From Diploschistes diacapsis (lineage: Eukaryota): a DNA stretch of 64,000 bases. Location of the stretch: NCBI GenBank assembly GCA_023645945.1, contig JALAIB010000001.1:1-64000 (forward strand). The letters are read 5' to 3'. A program made the translations under genes and the position numbers. The stretch's first letter is position 1; each line of letters begins with the position of its first letter. Of this stretch, positions 53,201 through 64,000 are shown one piece after another. Under the pieces are notes generated by a model, which was given only the letters and a program-made list of their open reading frames with translations, made no database searches and was not told the DNA's origin.

Positions 53201-56200
53201 GCTGTTCAATGGTGTAAATGATCATCCATCCTTGGTGCTTGATGATCTTCTGGACTTTCTCAAAAGTCTCTGCCCGCAATCCAGCTTGTCCAGCGTCTTC
53301 ACGAACAAGTATCAAGTCAGTGGTCTTCGATGCCCAATCACTAAAATCTTCAGATAAGAGGACCGTTGAAATACGAGGTTCAGCGGTCTCAGGTAGTATA
53401 TTGAAGTCATCTTGCTCTTCCTGTAGATAGCCAAGCGTGATCGATACATTCGTAGGTAAGCATTGCAAGAGACCTTCTTCTTCACTCCGGCTGGATTGAC
53501 CAAGAAGTAATACATTCGCCACACCATACTTGTGATCAAGCAAGTCTGCAATTCTGCGGACTGTATCGGTCGCTGAACTATCACAGTATTCAGCCAATTG
53601 CATGAAGCTTAGAGTCGAAATATCTGGTTTCCATGAATTTCGCATATACGGTTGGCGTGGAGTCACTATTGAATTTGCTGCAGGAACCGCAGCTTCGTAA
53701 GCCACGCAACGGAGGCCTTTGATATCCATGATCATGTTTCCGCTTTTGCCACGTAGCTTGGCATGAGTGTTGAAATGGCGTGTCTCGAATGTCTCTGTCC
53801 AAGCAATAGCCTCACCAAAGGAGCCCAGGTCTGCTTCAGGGAACCAGAAGTCGACCTCGTTGACCTTAAGGGGTACTACGCCCCAAGGTATGTCTTTATG
53901 CCGACCAGCATGGATAGAAATGATGATGAGTTGTAGGCATGCATCCACTGTAGCCGGATGGATGATATACCTTGACTCGCCCGGTATCAATCCACTGGTG
54001 TCACGAATCAAGACATCAGCTGCAGCCTCATTATAGTTGTGGTCACTCTTGACTCGATGAAGTTGTTGAAAACTTCCCTTATAATCAAATCCCACACGGG
54101 AGAAAGCATCATACCATCTTTTACCAGGGACACGTTGCGTCAGCTTCGAAACTTTCACGGGTGACTCGTAGTCACAGTCGGATTTTATCAAGTTGACGTT
54201 TGCTGCAATCAGACCTTCACAATGAGTAGTCCAAGAGCCATCAGTCAGCGACTCAACCACGAATTTGTGCCACTTTCCTTCGCTTGGATGCTGATCAATT
54301 CTTTGAAGATGAAGCTCGATTTCGATTCCGATGTCGGTCTCTGGAATTACGAGAGCTGTCTTGATATCCAAATCTCGTATTGTGGCACCATCGAAGTGTA
54401 ATGCGGATGCTTCGTGTCTTTGTCGCAGAGCTTCTATTGCGAGTGCCATGTAACCTGAAGCAGGGAAGATTGCTGCATTGCCCAGCTGGAAACATCAGCG
54501 GCTTCAATTTCACTTTTGTCGTATAATGATAACTTACAGTGTGGTCTCGAAGCCACGGTACATCCCTGTGACGTAGAAAGTTGCGCCAGACGGTATGCTT
54601 ATCGGACAAGCCTATAGCAGCACAGTTAATATCTCGATTTCGTTCATGTACAAGAACTATATTATAGCCACTGCTACCGGAAGAGAGAGCCTAAAATTTG
54701 AATCGAAGTAGTTGAATGAATCAAGGCACATACCAGAAACCTTAGTACCCAAAAGATCATGACGCGCGTGCTTAAGATTCCGCTGCTCCATGCTCGACCG
54801 AGGCTCTGTCCAATAGATTTTCTCGTAATTCCATTGGTATGGAGGAAGGTCCACGAGCAACGAAGGAGCATCACGCATATGGCAAAGAGATGCCCGATTA
54901 GAAAGCTCAATAGAATTGACTGCTTGTAGATCTACTTTGTAGTCCTTGAGGAAGAGAGTGCCAGCAACCGAGAGCAATTGCAATCCGTCATCGCGGCCTC
55001 GGACAAACGAAGGTATGTAAGCAAAATTTTCGAATTCGTTCGCGACGCAAATTTGTTTGAAAGGTGTAGAGAGAGTAGAGTGTGGTCCGATCTCGACGAA
55101 ACAGATGCCAGCTTCATGATCTATATCTTTCATACTGTGGAGGGCAGTAACCGCAGTGTTAAATTGGACAGGATTTCGTAAATTATCGCTCCAGTAACTT
55201 GGGTCCAGATATGTGTCAGAGACTTCGCGGCCAGTGACCGAGGAGATCATACGCCGAGGAGCTCTCCGCCAGATTAGATCCTGCGAACCGAGACGTTCCA
55301 GAGCATTAGACAAGAGCTCATCATAAATAGCGCTGACAGGTGCCATCTGTGGTGAATGATAAGCCTTGCCAGTCTTCAATTCCCTTACGAAGACACCTTC
55401 AGACTTAAGCTTTTTCTGAATTTTGCGTATGGCTTCCACGTCACCACTTAGGGTTGTACTGGTTGGAGAGTTCTCGCAGGCAACCACTACGCTATCCTCT
55501 GACTGAGAAAATAATTTGGATACTTCCCTTGTACCAATACCTACCGCGAGCATGCTGCCTGTTGAGGAATGGCATTTGACTGCGGCTCCCCGGCAGAAAG
55601 CTATCAATATGGCTTCTGGGGCAGATATAAGGCCTGCGGCATACTGGTAAGATTCGTTAGTTCTTATAAGCTCTATGATAGGATGAACGTGTTTTGAATT
55701 AGCCGGGGACTTACAGCGGCCCCTATCTCTCCAGATGAGTGACCGATGCTAACGCACGGTTCGATGTGCCATTCCCCGAACAAGTCCACAAGAGCAATCT
55801 GGATAGCCGTACAAAGAGGCTGGGCTAATTCGGCGTCGTTCATCTGATCTGTATGGCTTTCCCCAAGCAGAACACTTTCCAATCTGAACGGCGATGGCGT
55901 CTCAAGGGTTTCGAGGACTACATCCAACTTACGGATTGTTTCACGAAAGGAAGAAAACGTAAGCATGGCAGATGTTGCCATTCCGATCCATTGCGCCTAA
56001 AAATGATAAGCGATGGTGGTTCTGAAGGATAAAAAGCTTACTCCTTGGCCTGTGAATAGGTACCCAACAGAAGGCGGCTTGTTGGCAGCAGCGCCATACC
56101 TCACCGCGGTTTCCGCAAAGGCTTCAGTCTCTTGGCCTTGTCTTATGACTGTGAAGGCTCGTTGGGCGAATCTATTTCTCCGAGTATTCAGTGTGAAAGC

Positions 56201-58189
56201 TAGGTCCACGGGAAAGTAGCCTTGGGCTAGATACTTGACTAATGGCAGCGACATTGCGTATTAGCGTAGGCTTGTCGTGAGCAGAGAAGCTAAGCAGAAG
56301 AGGCTTCTCAGTGCTATGATCATAATCTGCTTCAACTTTGGTTGCACCATGCTGATATCCAGGGTATAGGGTTTTAGCAGATTCGACAATGACATGTCCA
56401 TTGGTTCCGCCGTAGCCAAAGGAGGATACGCTGGCTCTCTTGCTGGGCAGACCCAGCGGCCATGGCACAGAATTGACATTGACCTTGACATTCCATTCAG
56501 ATTCATGAACTGGTTCTCATTAGTCTTCGAGTCCAAACATTTCGCGTAGCTTAATTTTCAAGACGGAAGATCTGGAAAGCTGCTTACTGTTGGGGTTGAG
56601 CGTTTTGAAATGTGCAACTCCGGGGATAACGCCCTTCTCGGTCATTAAAGCCGCCTGGTTGTTTTAGACGTCGTCAGCTCGCTTTCACTCAACCACGCAT
56701 CGGAACTTCCATTTGCTCACGTACCTTCATAACAGCAAATATACCAGAGGCTGCCTCACTATGTCCAATATTGGGCTTGACCTGGTAACTCCCAACGATT
56801 AACCATGTTTCTCTATCGGAGCATCAAGAAAGCCGAAGCCTTGAACGACTTACCGCTCCTAGAATCAGTGGGTAGCTCTTTGATCGATCATCATTCAGAG
56901 CATTCGCAATTGCTTGCACCTCAATCGGATCTCCCACAGGTGTACCAGTCCCATGTAGCTCCGCATATGTGGTATTCTTCGGGTCCAATCCTGCAGCTTC
57001 GTAGGCTTTACGGACAACTTGCTCCTGGCCTTTGATAGAGGGATGAGTAATGCCCATCCCGGGGATCTTTCCGTTTCTATATGGAAAAGCTCAGTTAGTC
57101 AATTATATTTCGAGTTGGTAGCAAGTCCCTGGCTAATATTTGACTTACGTGTTGACAGCTGTCCCTCGTATAACCCCGCGCACTGGATCACCATTACGAA
57201 TGGCATCCGACAAGCGCTTCAGATACAGTGCTCCTGCTCCTTCAGCGCGACCGTAACTATTAACTAGTTAACACCATTCACACTTCTTTGGGCATCTTAA
57301 CGAAGCTGCTGAGTAGGAAAGAGAAGGCTGTACCCGTCCGCAGCCGCATCGAACGTGTGGCAGGTTGATGTTGGTGATAGTATACCTAATTTTGCTGTAT
57401 TCATGTGTTGATCAACTGTCAATATCAAATTCACGCCGCCTGCGATTGCTGCGTCGCAGTCACGAGCTCGTAAAGCGTGACAGGCGAAATGTATCGCATA
57501 GATTGACGATGAGCAAGCAGTATTGATGGTAAAGCTATACGCTATGGTGGTAAGTAGATATCCTTCTCCCTTACATATTTATTTTGACTTTATCTAACCT
57601 TGGTCCATTGAGGTCGAATGTGTGACCAATCCTGTTACTTATGATGCCTGGGTCAACTCCGGTCGCCGCATAATTGTGACGAAAGTCAGGCTCTTTGGTT
57701 GACATTTGCTGATAGTCGGATGTGAAACTACCAACGAATACGGCGGTATTGCTTCCTGCTATAGACTCAAGGGTAAGACCTGTGGATTCAAAGCATTCGT
57801 AGGAGACTTCAAGCATCTTGCGCTGCTGAGGGTCCAGCCACTGCGCCTCAATAGGCGTTATGCCAAAAACCGTGGGGTCAAAGTTCTCAAGTCGATCATC
57901 TAGGAAGTACCCTCCACGAACATTGAACGATCCAGGGCGCTCGAGATTCTCGTGGTAATGGGCATCCACATTAAAGCGTGTCTCTGGAACTTTGTCCATC
58001 TGCCCAGAACGCTTCTTCACCAACATCTCCCATAGGGACGCAGCGGAGTTGACGCCTCCTGGAAGTCGACATGCTCCCTGGCGTCGGTCAAGTGTCAATA
58101 AGTAAATGGAGAAGCGTACCCATGCCACAGATGGCTATCGGCTCCAACGTGCAGCTCTCGCTACCAGGAGATCTTGTACTATGAGGCAT
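50283..58189 (-). CDS. Reducing iterative type I PKS, KS-AT-DH-(pseudo-MT)-(pseudo-ER)-KR-ACP; DEP5-like
   Basis: [47 protein letters not shown]-x-LG-x4-P, HPATVD; KR GCLGGLG, YSAAN; ACP GLDSM. Confidence 0.93.
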
Positions 58190-58899
58190 CTTGATTACAG
58201 AGCACTGAATGTGAATCTGAGATTAGGTCGAATTTTTTTAGTAACCGGCATGGAAGTCACCTGGGAGGGAGTCATCCAAGTCTGGGAACTTAACCTTTGT
58301 AAGCCTTTTCCAATTCTGTTTGACGACAAAAAGGGTCTTTCTGCATATCTTCCTACTTGTATTGTATACTATCGGCCCCTCACCGCTTGCTTGATAGACC
58401 GAAGCGCTTGAGTTACAATCATTGTGAACTTGTACTATGACGCGAGCTGTATGAATATCGATATTGCCTGCATTACTGATCGACATGTTTTCCTACCATG
58501 TCTAGTGGATATGCAAGCCGGACGTCGTTCGCCGACAGAATCAGCCCATAAGTCGTTGGAGATAGAACGCCAGCTATCATAGGCCGAATTCTACCCGCGA
58601 GCATGCGTAGACCACCGACAGGAGCTATCCCCGCAGACTACGAGATACTCCGAAGTAGGCTCGCCTTCTTCAATCCATGGATATCCAATTCGGAGCCTCG
58701 CACCGAGTATATATGCTAATCCCGCATTATGGAATTTTAGATTCGAAATCGTTGAGGCGTTCAATAAGAGACTATCTACCAGCTCTCAGCAATTTCGATT
58801 GATAGACCGTTGAGAACCTTTGACTTTTTGTAACGAGTTAGGATGTCTTTCTGGACTAACAAAGAAGCCCGGGACCGATCTCCCTGTATCGGAAACAAA

Positions 58900-60058
58900 A
58901 TGGTGGCCGTTGCAATTGAAGTAGTGTACTTTCGCAGCCTTGCTATTTTGGCGATTTGCTTATTGTGGGGTGTGAGCTTATGGAACGGCACTGTGAAGGC
59001 ACTCATTCTGGCTGTATGGTCTGGTAGGTTAACCGACGATACGCCGTTGAAAACAGATTATACAGGAATCTATCCGGTAGATTTTTTGGTCTCTCTGCTG
59101 GTTGCGTTCTTCTTCTACGGGTCAAATGGCCATGACTTGGACTACCAAGTTTTCCTCTTGGAAGCGTACTCTACACTTCAAAGTGCCTTTGTATGGCTCT
59201 ATGTCGAAAGTGCTAGAAAGCAGGCTAAGCCCAGAGCTATTCAAAGGTTAGCGATCCTCATCACACTCATCACTAATGATAAAACTAAATGTTTCAAGCC
59301 CTATGGCCTGGGGTCTCATTTGGCAGGCATTTGGAGCTGCGATTTCGCTGCCCCTTTATTATGCAAGACACTTGAGCTGGATGAAGCAAGTAAACTTGCA
59401 GCCACAGAGTGTTTCGGCAGCTTCCTCTCGGGCTATACCATTTAGCTTCATGCTGGGAGCAATTGTTCCTGCTATCATTGGCATGCTTCCGACTTGGATT
59501 CATCCATCTTCCAGGTCACCTAGGATGCATCAGAATGTACTTGCGATGTGGCAAGCAGATCCGCTTTACGTTTCGATGATTCAACAGCTTTTTGCGGTGA
59601 TGATGCACAAGTACGCTACAATAAATGCAAGGACATCATATGTCTGGACTCAGGGATCTCTCCTACTCGCAGCAGCTTCGTCAACAATTGGGCATCTTTA
59701 TGCAAAATTTTATATCCTAAAATCTGCTCATAGGACCGATCGCTTTGTACGAATGTACGTACCGTGGAGCTGGAATGGCAGTATGACCACACCAGATATT
59801 TTGGTCCACGGTCCTTGGTTGTTTCTGCAGTTTGACCTAATCATCATTAATCTATCAAGTTTGTCATGGGCCTACCTCCTCTGCAAGCTTCATTGTTCTG
59901 TCGTCTCCACCCAACTCGTATTATTTTTCTCCATTCTTTTGGGGACGCTGGTAGTTGGACCAGGCGCCACAGTGTCCTTAGCTTTATGCTGGAGGGAAGC
60001 GCAGCTGAACGAACTCCGAGCTTCAAAAACGACATCGGGCAAATACCATAACCAATGA
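58900..60058 (+). CDS. Integral membrane protein, DEP1 / CtvD-AurD-like; intron ~59246-59298
   Basis: YTGIYPVDFLVSLLVAFF, WLYVES, WQAFGAAISLPLY, FLQFD, GPGAT..WRE, many TM helices. Confidence 0.7.
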
Positions 60059-60946
60059 TTTTCTAGCGAGAAGTTCAAGTGCTGTTCAGCAAATCAGATA
60101 TAGGCTTTGTTGCAATGTTTTGGGACCCATGGCGACGGCTATGATCTAAGCTCAATGTCTACTTGAGCGTCTGGCGATTCTGACGGCCGGAGTCTTTCTA
60201 CATTGCTATTATCTAGCGCGAAACTCTCTGGTCCCTGACAAGACAAGCGCGAATAGGGAACTCTGATTGGGCGCGACTTTTGTGACCTTGGTGTTTTCTC
60301 CTTGCGATCAGGTTATAAATTGATTATCCAACGGGTGAATTTAATTCTTCAGGATGGCGTGGAAAGGGCACGGCCTGGTACCTTCCGGTCCCCGATAGGT
60401 TGCCGTTTAGCGTTATGTATCCAATGCTGGATGATACTTGATAATGTTGTGTTTTCCATCTCTGTTTCAAAGCTCAGTAATAAGCAGTTTTACGCTAATG
60501 CTTTGCTTCATCATAAAAAGTGCTGGCAAAACCTTCGGCGGGCTTTGCCGAATAAAGGCTTGACCGGGCAGCATTGCAGCAGAACCAATCTATCTTTACT
60601 CCGTTTGAACTCTGCCGGCAGTCATTGTACCGTGCCGACTGATCTAAGAGAACGGAGTTTGTGGACCGAGCATGGGTCAGTCTAGAAAGCTGTGCACTTC
60701 GGTAGATTGAGCAACTATAGTTATCTGCGTGCACATGTAGCATGAGATGAGCCGGTATGGGGCGCCTCTTGCACGAAACTGACACGAGTTTAGCACCTAA
60801 GGAATTAGCTTCTTACACCATGAGGATCGAGTTTGATCTCGGCATGCTATTTGTCTTTGTCTAGCGCTGTGACTTCAATTAGAGACTGGCACATACCAGA
60901 GCTTCCTTTCTCTAGAGTACTCAACACTTATCCTTCAGCTGTAAAG

Positions 60947-62861
60947 ATGAGCGGAAATAGCGAGAGGTACGATGTGACCATCATAGGGGCTGGTAAGTTC
61001 GTTATAGCAGAAAAATGCTTCTCCGCGGGTTTTCCATAATTAGAAGCTAGGCTGACTTGTATAGGATGGTATGGGCTAGTGGCTGCTAGAACCTATCTCA
61101 AGCTTCGTCCCGCTGTGAATCTTGTCGTCCTCGATTCCGATTCTACTGTAGGAGGAGTATGGAGCAAGAAACGTCTGTATCCAAACCTGATAGCCCAAGT
61201 CAAATTAGGGCTATTTAACTATACAGACATGGCAATGCCAGGAACCTCTCAGGACAATGAAGTCACTGGCGCCATGATACATGAGTATCTCAAGCGTTAT
61301 GCGGAGGACCATGATATCATTAGACGTATCAGATTCAACACGTTTGTTGAGAGAGCGGCAAAGACCGACCAAGGCTGGAGACTGAGCCTTCGCGATCTTC
61401 AAAGTACGGTGTCTTTCATAGACACAGCAAAGTTGATGGTCTGCACCGGGGTCACCTCTATACCATCAATGCCGACGGTGAAGACACTTGAATCTTCGAT
61501 TCCAATCATTCACTCTCGGGACCTTGGCGTCAAATTTCATGACCTCGGCCAAGACAAGGTACAAACAGTGGTTGTCGTTGGCGCTGCAAAATCTGCTTAT
61601 GATGCTGTCTACTTGATATTGTCCATGGGCAAGCGAGTCATTTGGCTTATTCGACCAACAGGGGCCGGGCCCCTGGCCATCTTGCCCTCAAAACTGCTCG
61701 GCTTGAGTAGTATCGCTGTTGCATCTACTCGGCTAATGACATACCTTAGTCCTTCAATCTTGAATACCGAGGGTCTGCTTTATCGCTTTTTCCAAAGAAC
61801 AGTAATCGGTCGCTGGTGTACAGGCAAGATTTGGGATGTTATAGCATATCTGAGCGACCTCCATGCTGGGTACTCGAAAGATGATCATGTTCGCCAGTTA
61901 AGGCCCGAAGTCGACCGTCAGAGGTTGGAACACTCTACGCTACCACTCAGTGTGAATGCTAATCGAGACAGCATCTTCTGGGCTAACTCTGGTCTTGGAG
62001 TGGTGACGCTTCCCGATTTTTGGTCGAAAATTCATGCAGGCGATGTTCAAGTCATACGCGACTCGATCGAGCTAATAAAGCATGATTCCATCATCCTGGA
62101 ATCCAGTGCTACATTCGCGGCTGATTACATTGTAATGTGTACAGGTTGGGGCGATCACTTTAGCATGTTTGATGCCGAAACCAAGGCCGAGTTAGGCATT
62201 CCCACTCTTGGAGAAAGGCATTCAAAAGACGAGCCGACTGTCGACGTGGAATGGGAGAAATATGACCTTGAAGCAGATCAGACCGTTAATGAGAAGCTCC
62301 CTTTCCTCGCCTCTCCGCCGCAGTGGACCGGTTGGCAAACGAATCACGATCAGGCGCGGAAGCGCTGGCGACTCTATCGGCGCACCATACCTCTTTCGCT
62401 AGCAGAAAAGGGGGACCGTTCCCTTGCAATCATGGGCCAAATCCATACTATACAGACGCCTTTAGTCTCAGAAGTCCAATCCTTCTGGAGCATTCTTTAC
62501 TTGCTGGGAGAACTCGATGTCCCCGACTCTGACACCATGGCACAAGAAATTGCCGAATGGAATGCTTGGACACGAAAGCGCTACCTAAGCCAGGGACAAA
62601 AGTTTCCATACTCGCTCTACGATTTCTTGCCAGTAAGCATGCCCTAACCTCTGTAGTTCTCTCAAACCTAAGCTTCTGATGGTGAAAACAGAGCTGACTG
62701 GACGTTGCCAGTATGTGGAGACCTTGTGCAAAGATCTCGGCATTAATTCGCGGCGAAAGCGTAACATGATCACCGAGCTTTTCCAGCCATACAAGCCAGC
62801 CGATTTTGAGGGTTTCATCGATGAGTATCTAGCGCGAGACACGTCGGACCAAATGAAGTAG
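60947..62861 (+). CDS. Flavin-containing monooxygenase (class B FMO), DEP4-like, 4 exons
   Basis: YDVTIIGAG|WYGL, GGVWS..RLYPNL, CTGVTS, IHS, VGAAKSAYD, MCTGW, RLYR. Confidence 0.88.
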
Positions 62862-63326
62862 GTGCTTCCAGTTTGAGCCTCAAACTTCCGTGGTCGAGCA
62901 GCGAGGAATGAAAATGCCCAATTAGACAGCGGCAGATGCTTCTTTTGAAAACAATGATTCAAAGAGGCGTGTCGGTGAGGATGGCAATGAATCGTGAATG
63001 TGGTCGTATGCAGTGTCCCCAATAGGCAGGCTGCGTGGGCGACCTGAAACTTATCCTGTATCTTGAGATACCACTGAGGGGCAGTAGTGGCATTTCATGA
63101 TCCTTTGTGCAGTTAATGCTTGGCTCGCAGCCAGAATGGACCTCTGATCAAGCATTGTAAGGATGATTAAAGTTCGGCATCTGGGCCGGGGCTGCAGTGA
63201 CTTTCTCTTGCTGAGTTTGAAACTATTTCTTCTCCGTGCGATCAGAGCGTATTAGCCAGGCCCTCTAAACTTTATACGGATTTCTGCTGCACCGAGACGT
63301 TGCTGAGTCTTTTTCCTTTCGGCACC

Positions 63327-64000
63327 ATGTACAATGGCTCGAGAACGAAGAATCCCGGCGGAGCTCACTCTGCAAACGGGAACCAGTCTGGCACGCCCTT
63401 CAAACGCCCTACCACTGCTACCAGCGACAGCGGTGGCGGTGGAGGCAACGAGAACAGCAGTGGCCCCCGACATATAGCGTGTAGGACATGCCGGGACCGA
63501 AAAGTGCGCTGCGATGGTGGACAGCCAGCCTGCGAGAAATGCCGCCGAGCTGGTGAGACATGTGTCTATACTCTACGATCTCGAAAGACAAAGACAGATC
63601 TTCAGGAAAGCATAGAGATGCTTCAAGAACGACTCGGTAAGTTCGTCTCTCATTATCCATCTTTCTATTGTCCTTGCCCGCTAACCCTTGGACAACGCGG
63701 GCAGAATCTGCCCTCGTAACGCGCAACACAGACACCCAGAGTGGAAACTTTTGGCCTGCAACATCTTACTACTCTCTCGCTGATTCCATGCCTCCCAAGT
63801 CGGACCATCTTCAACGGCCATCCTCACCACCAGAACTGATGTCGGACTCTCAACTCGTGGGAAGTTCGCGGCTAGATCTTCCCAACTCAACCATGATCCC
63901 GTACGATTCTATGCCATTTGCTACGAATGCCTCAATTGACTCCAATCTCAATTATACGATACCTTCGGATGGTCCCGGGTTCGCGGGGATGGTGACCACC
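63327..64000 (+). CDS. Zn2Cys6 transcription factor (DEP6-like), 5' part, runs off the window
   Basis: CRTCRDRKVRCDGGQPACEKCRRAGETCVY plus a coiled coil. After the intron (~63637-63704) the frame stays open to the end. Confidence 0.9.

Noticed and set aside
46344..60058. Citreoviridin/aurovertin-type cluster (PKS + MT + FAD monooxygenase + CtvD-like protein)
   Set aside because: Those PKSs need an active C-MT domain, which looks dead here, and the extra class B FMO fits the DEP set better. Phylogeny is needed to exclude it fully.

Overview
This is a gene-dense, intron-containing filamentous ascomycete (Pezizomycotina) window with about 30 loci. Bases 1-40.7 kb hold mostly housekeeping genes: Aim18-like, glutaredoxin, (6-4) photolyase, GST, RPC11, ankyrin protein, NSE3, TEF1, RPL16, SLS1-like, a Rad51 paralogue, NT-C2 protein, TAD1, SF3B5, tetraspanin, DUF3405, MSL5/BBP, glutaminase A and a GH5, plus an orphan secreted LxxR/KR-processed precursor. 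A ~3 kb belt of decayed genes (40.7-44 kb) follows. From 44.1 kb to the window edge lies a reducing-PKS cluster whose core resembles the depudecin (DEP1/2/4/5/6) cluster. It also has an internal SAM methyltransferase and an adjacent P450 that the six-gene DEP cluster lacks, so it may make a new epoxy-polyketide. Smaller signals are two probable non-AUG starts, a branchpoint-packed intron in the branchpoint-binding-protein gene, and a GC-AG intron. All family calls come from motif recognition and recall, not from database searches.
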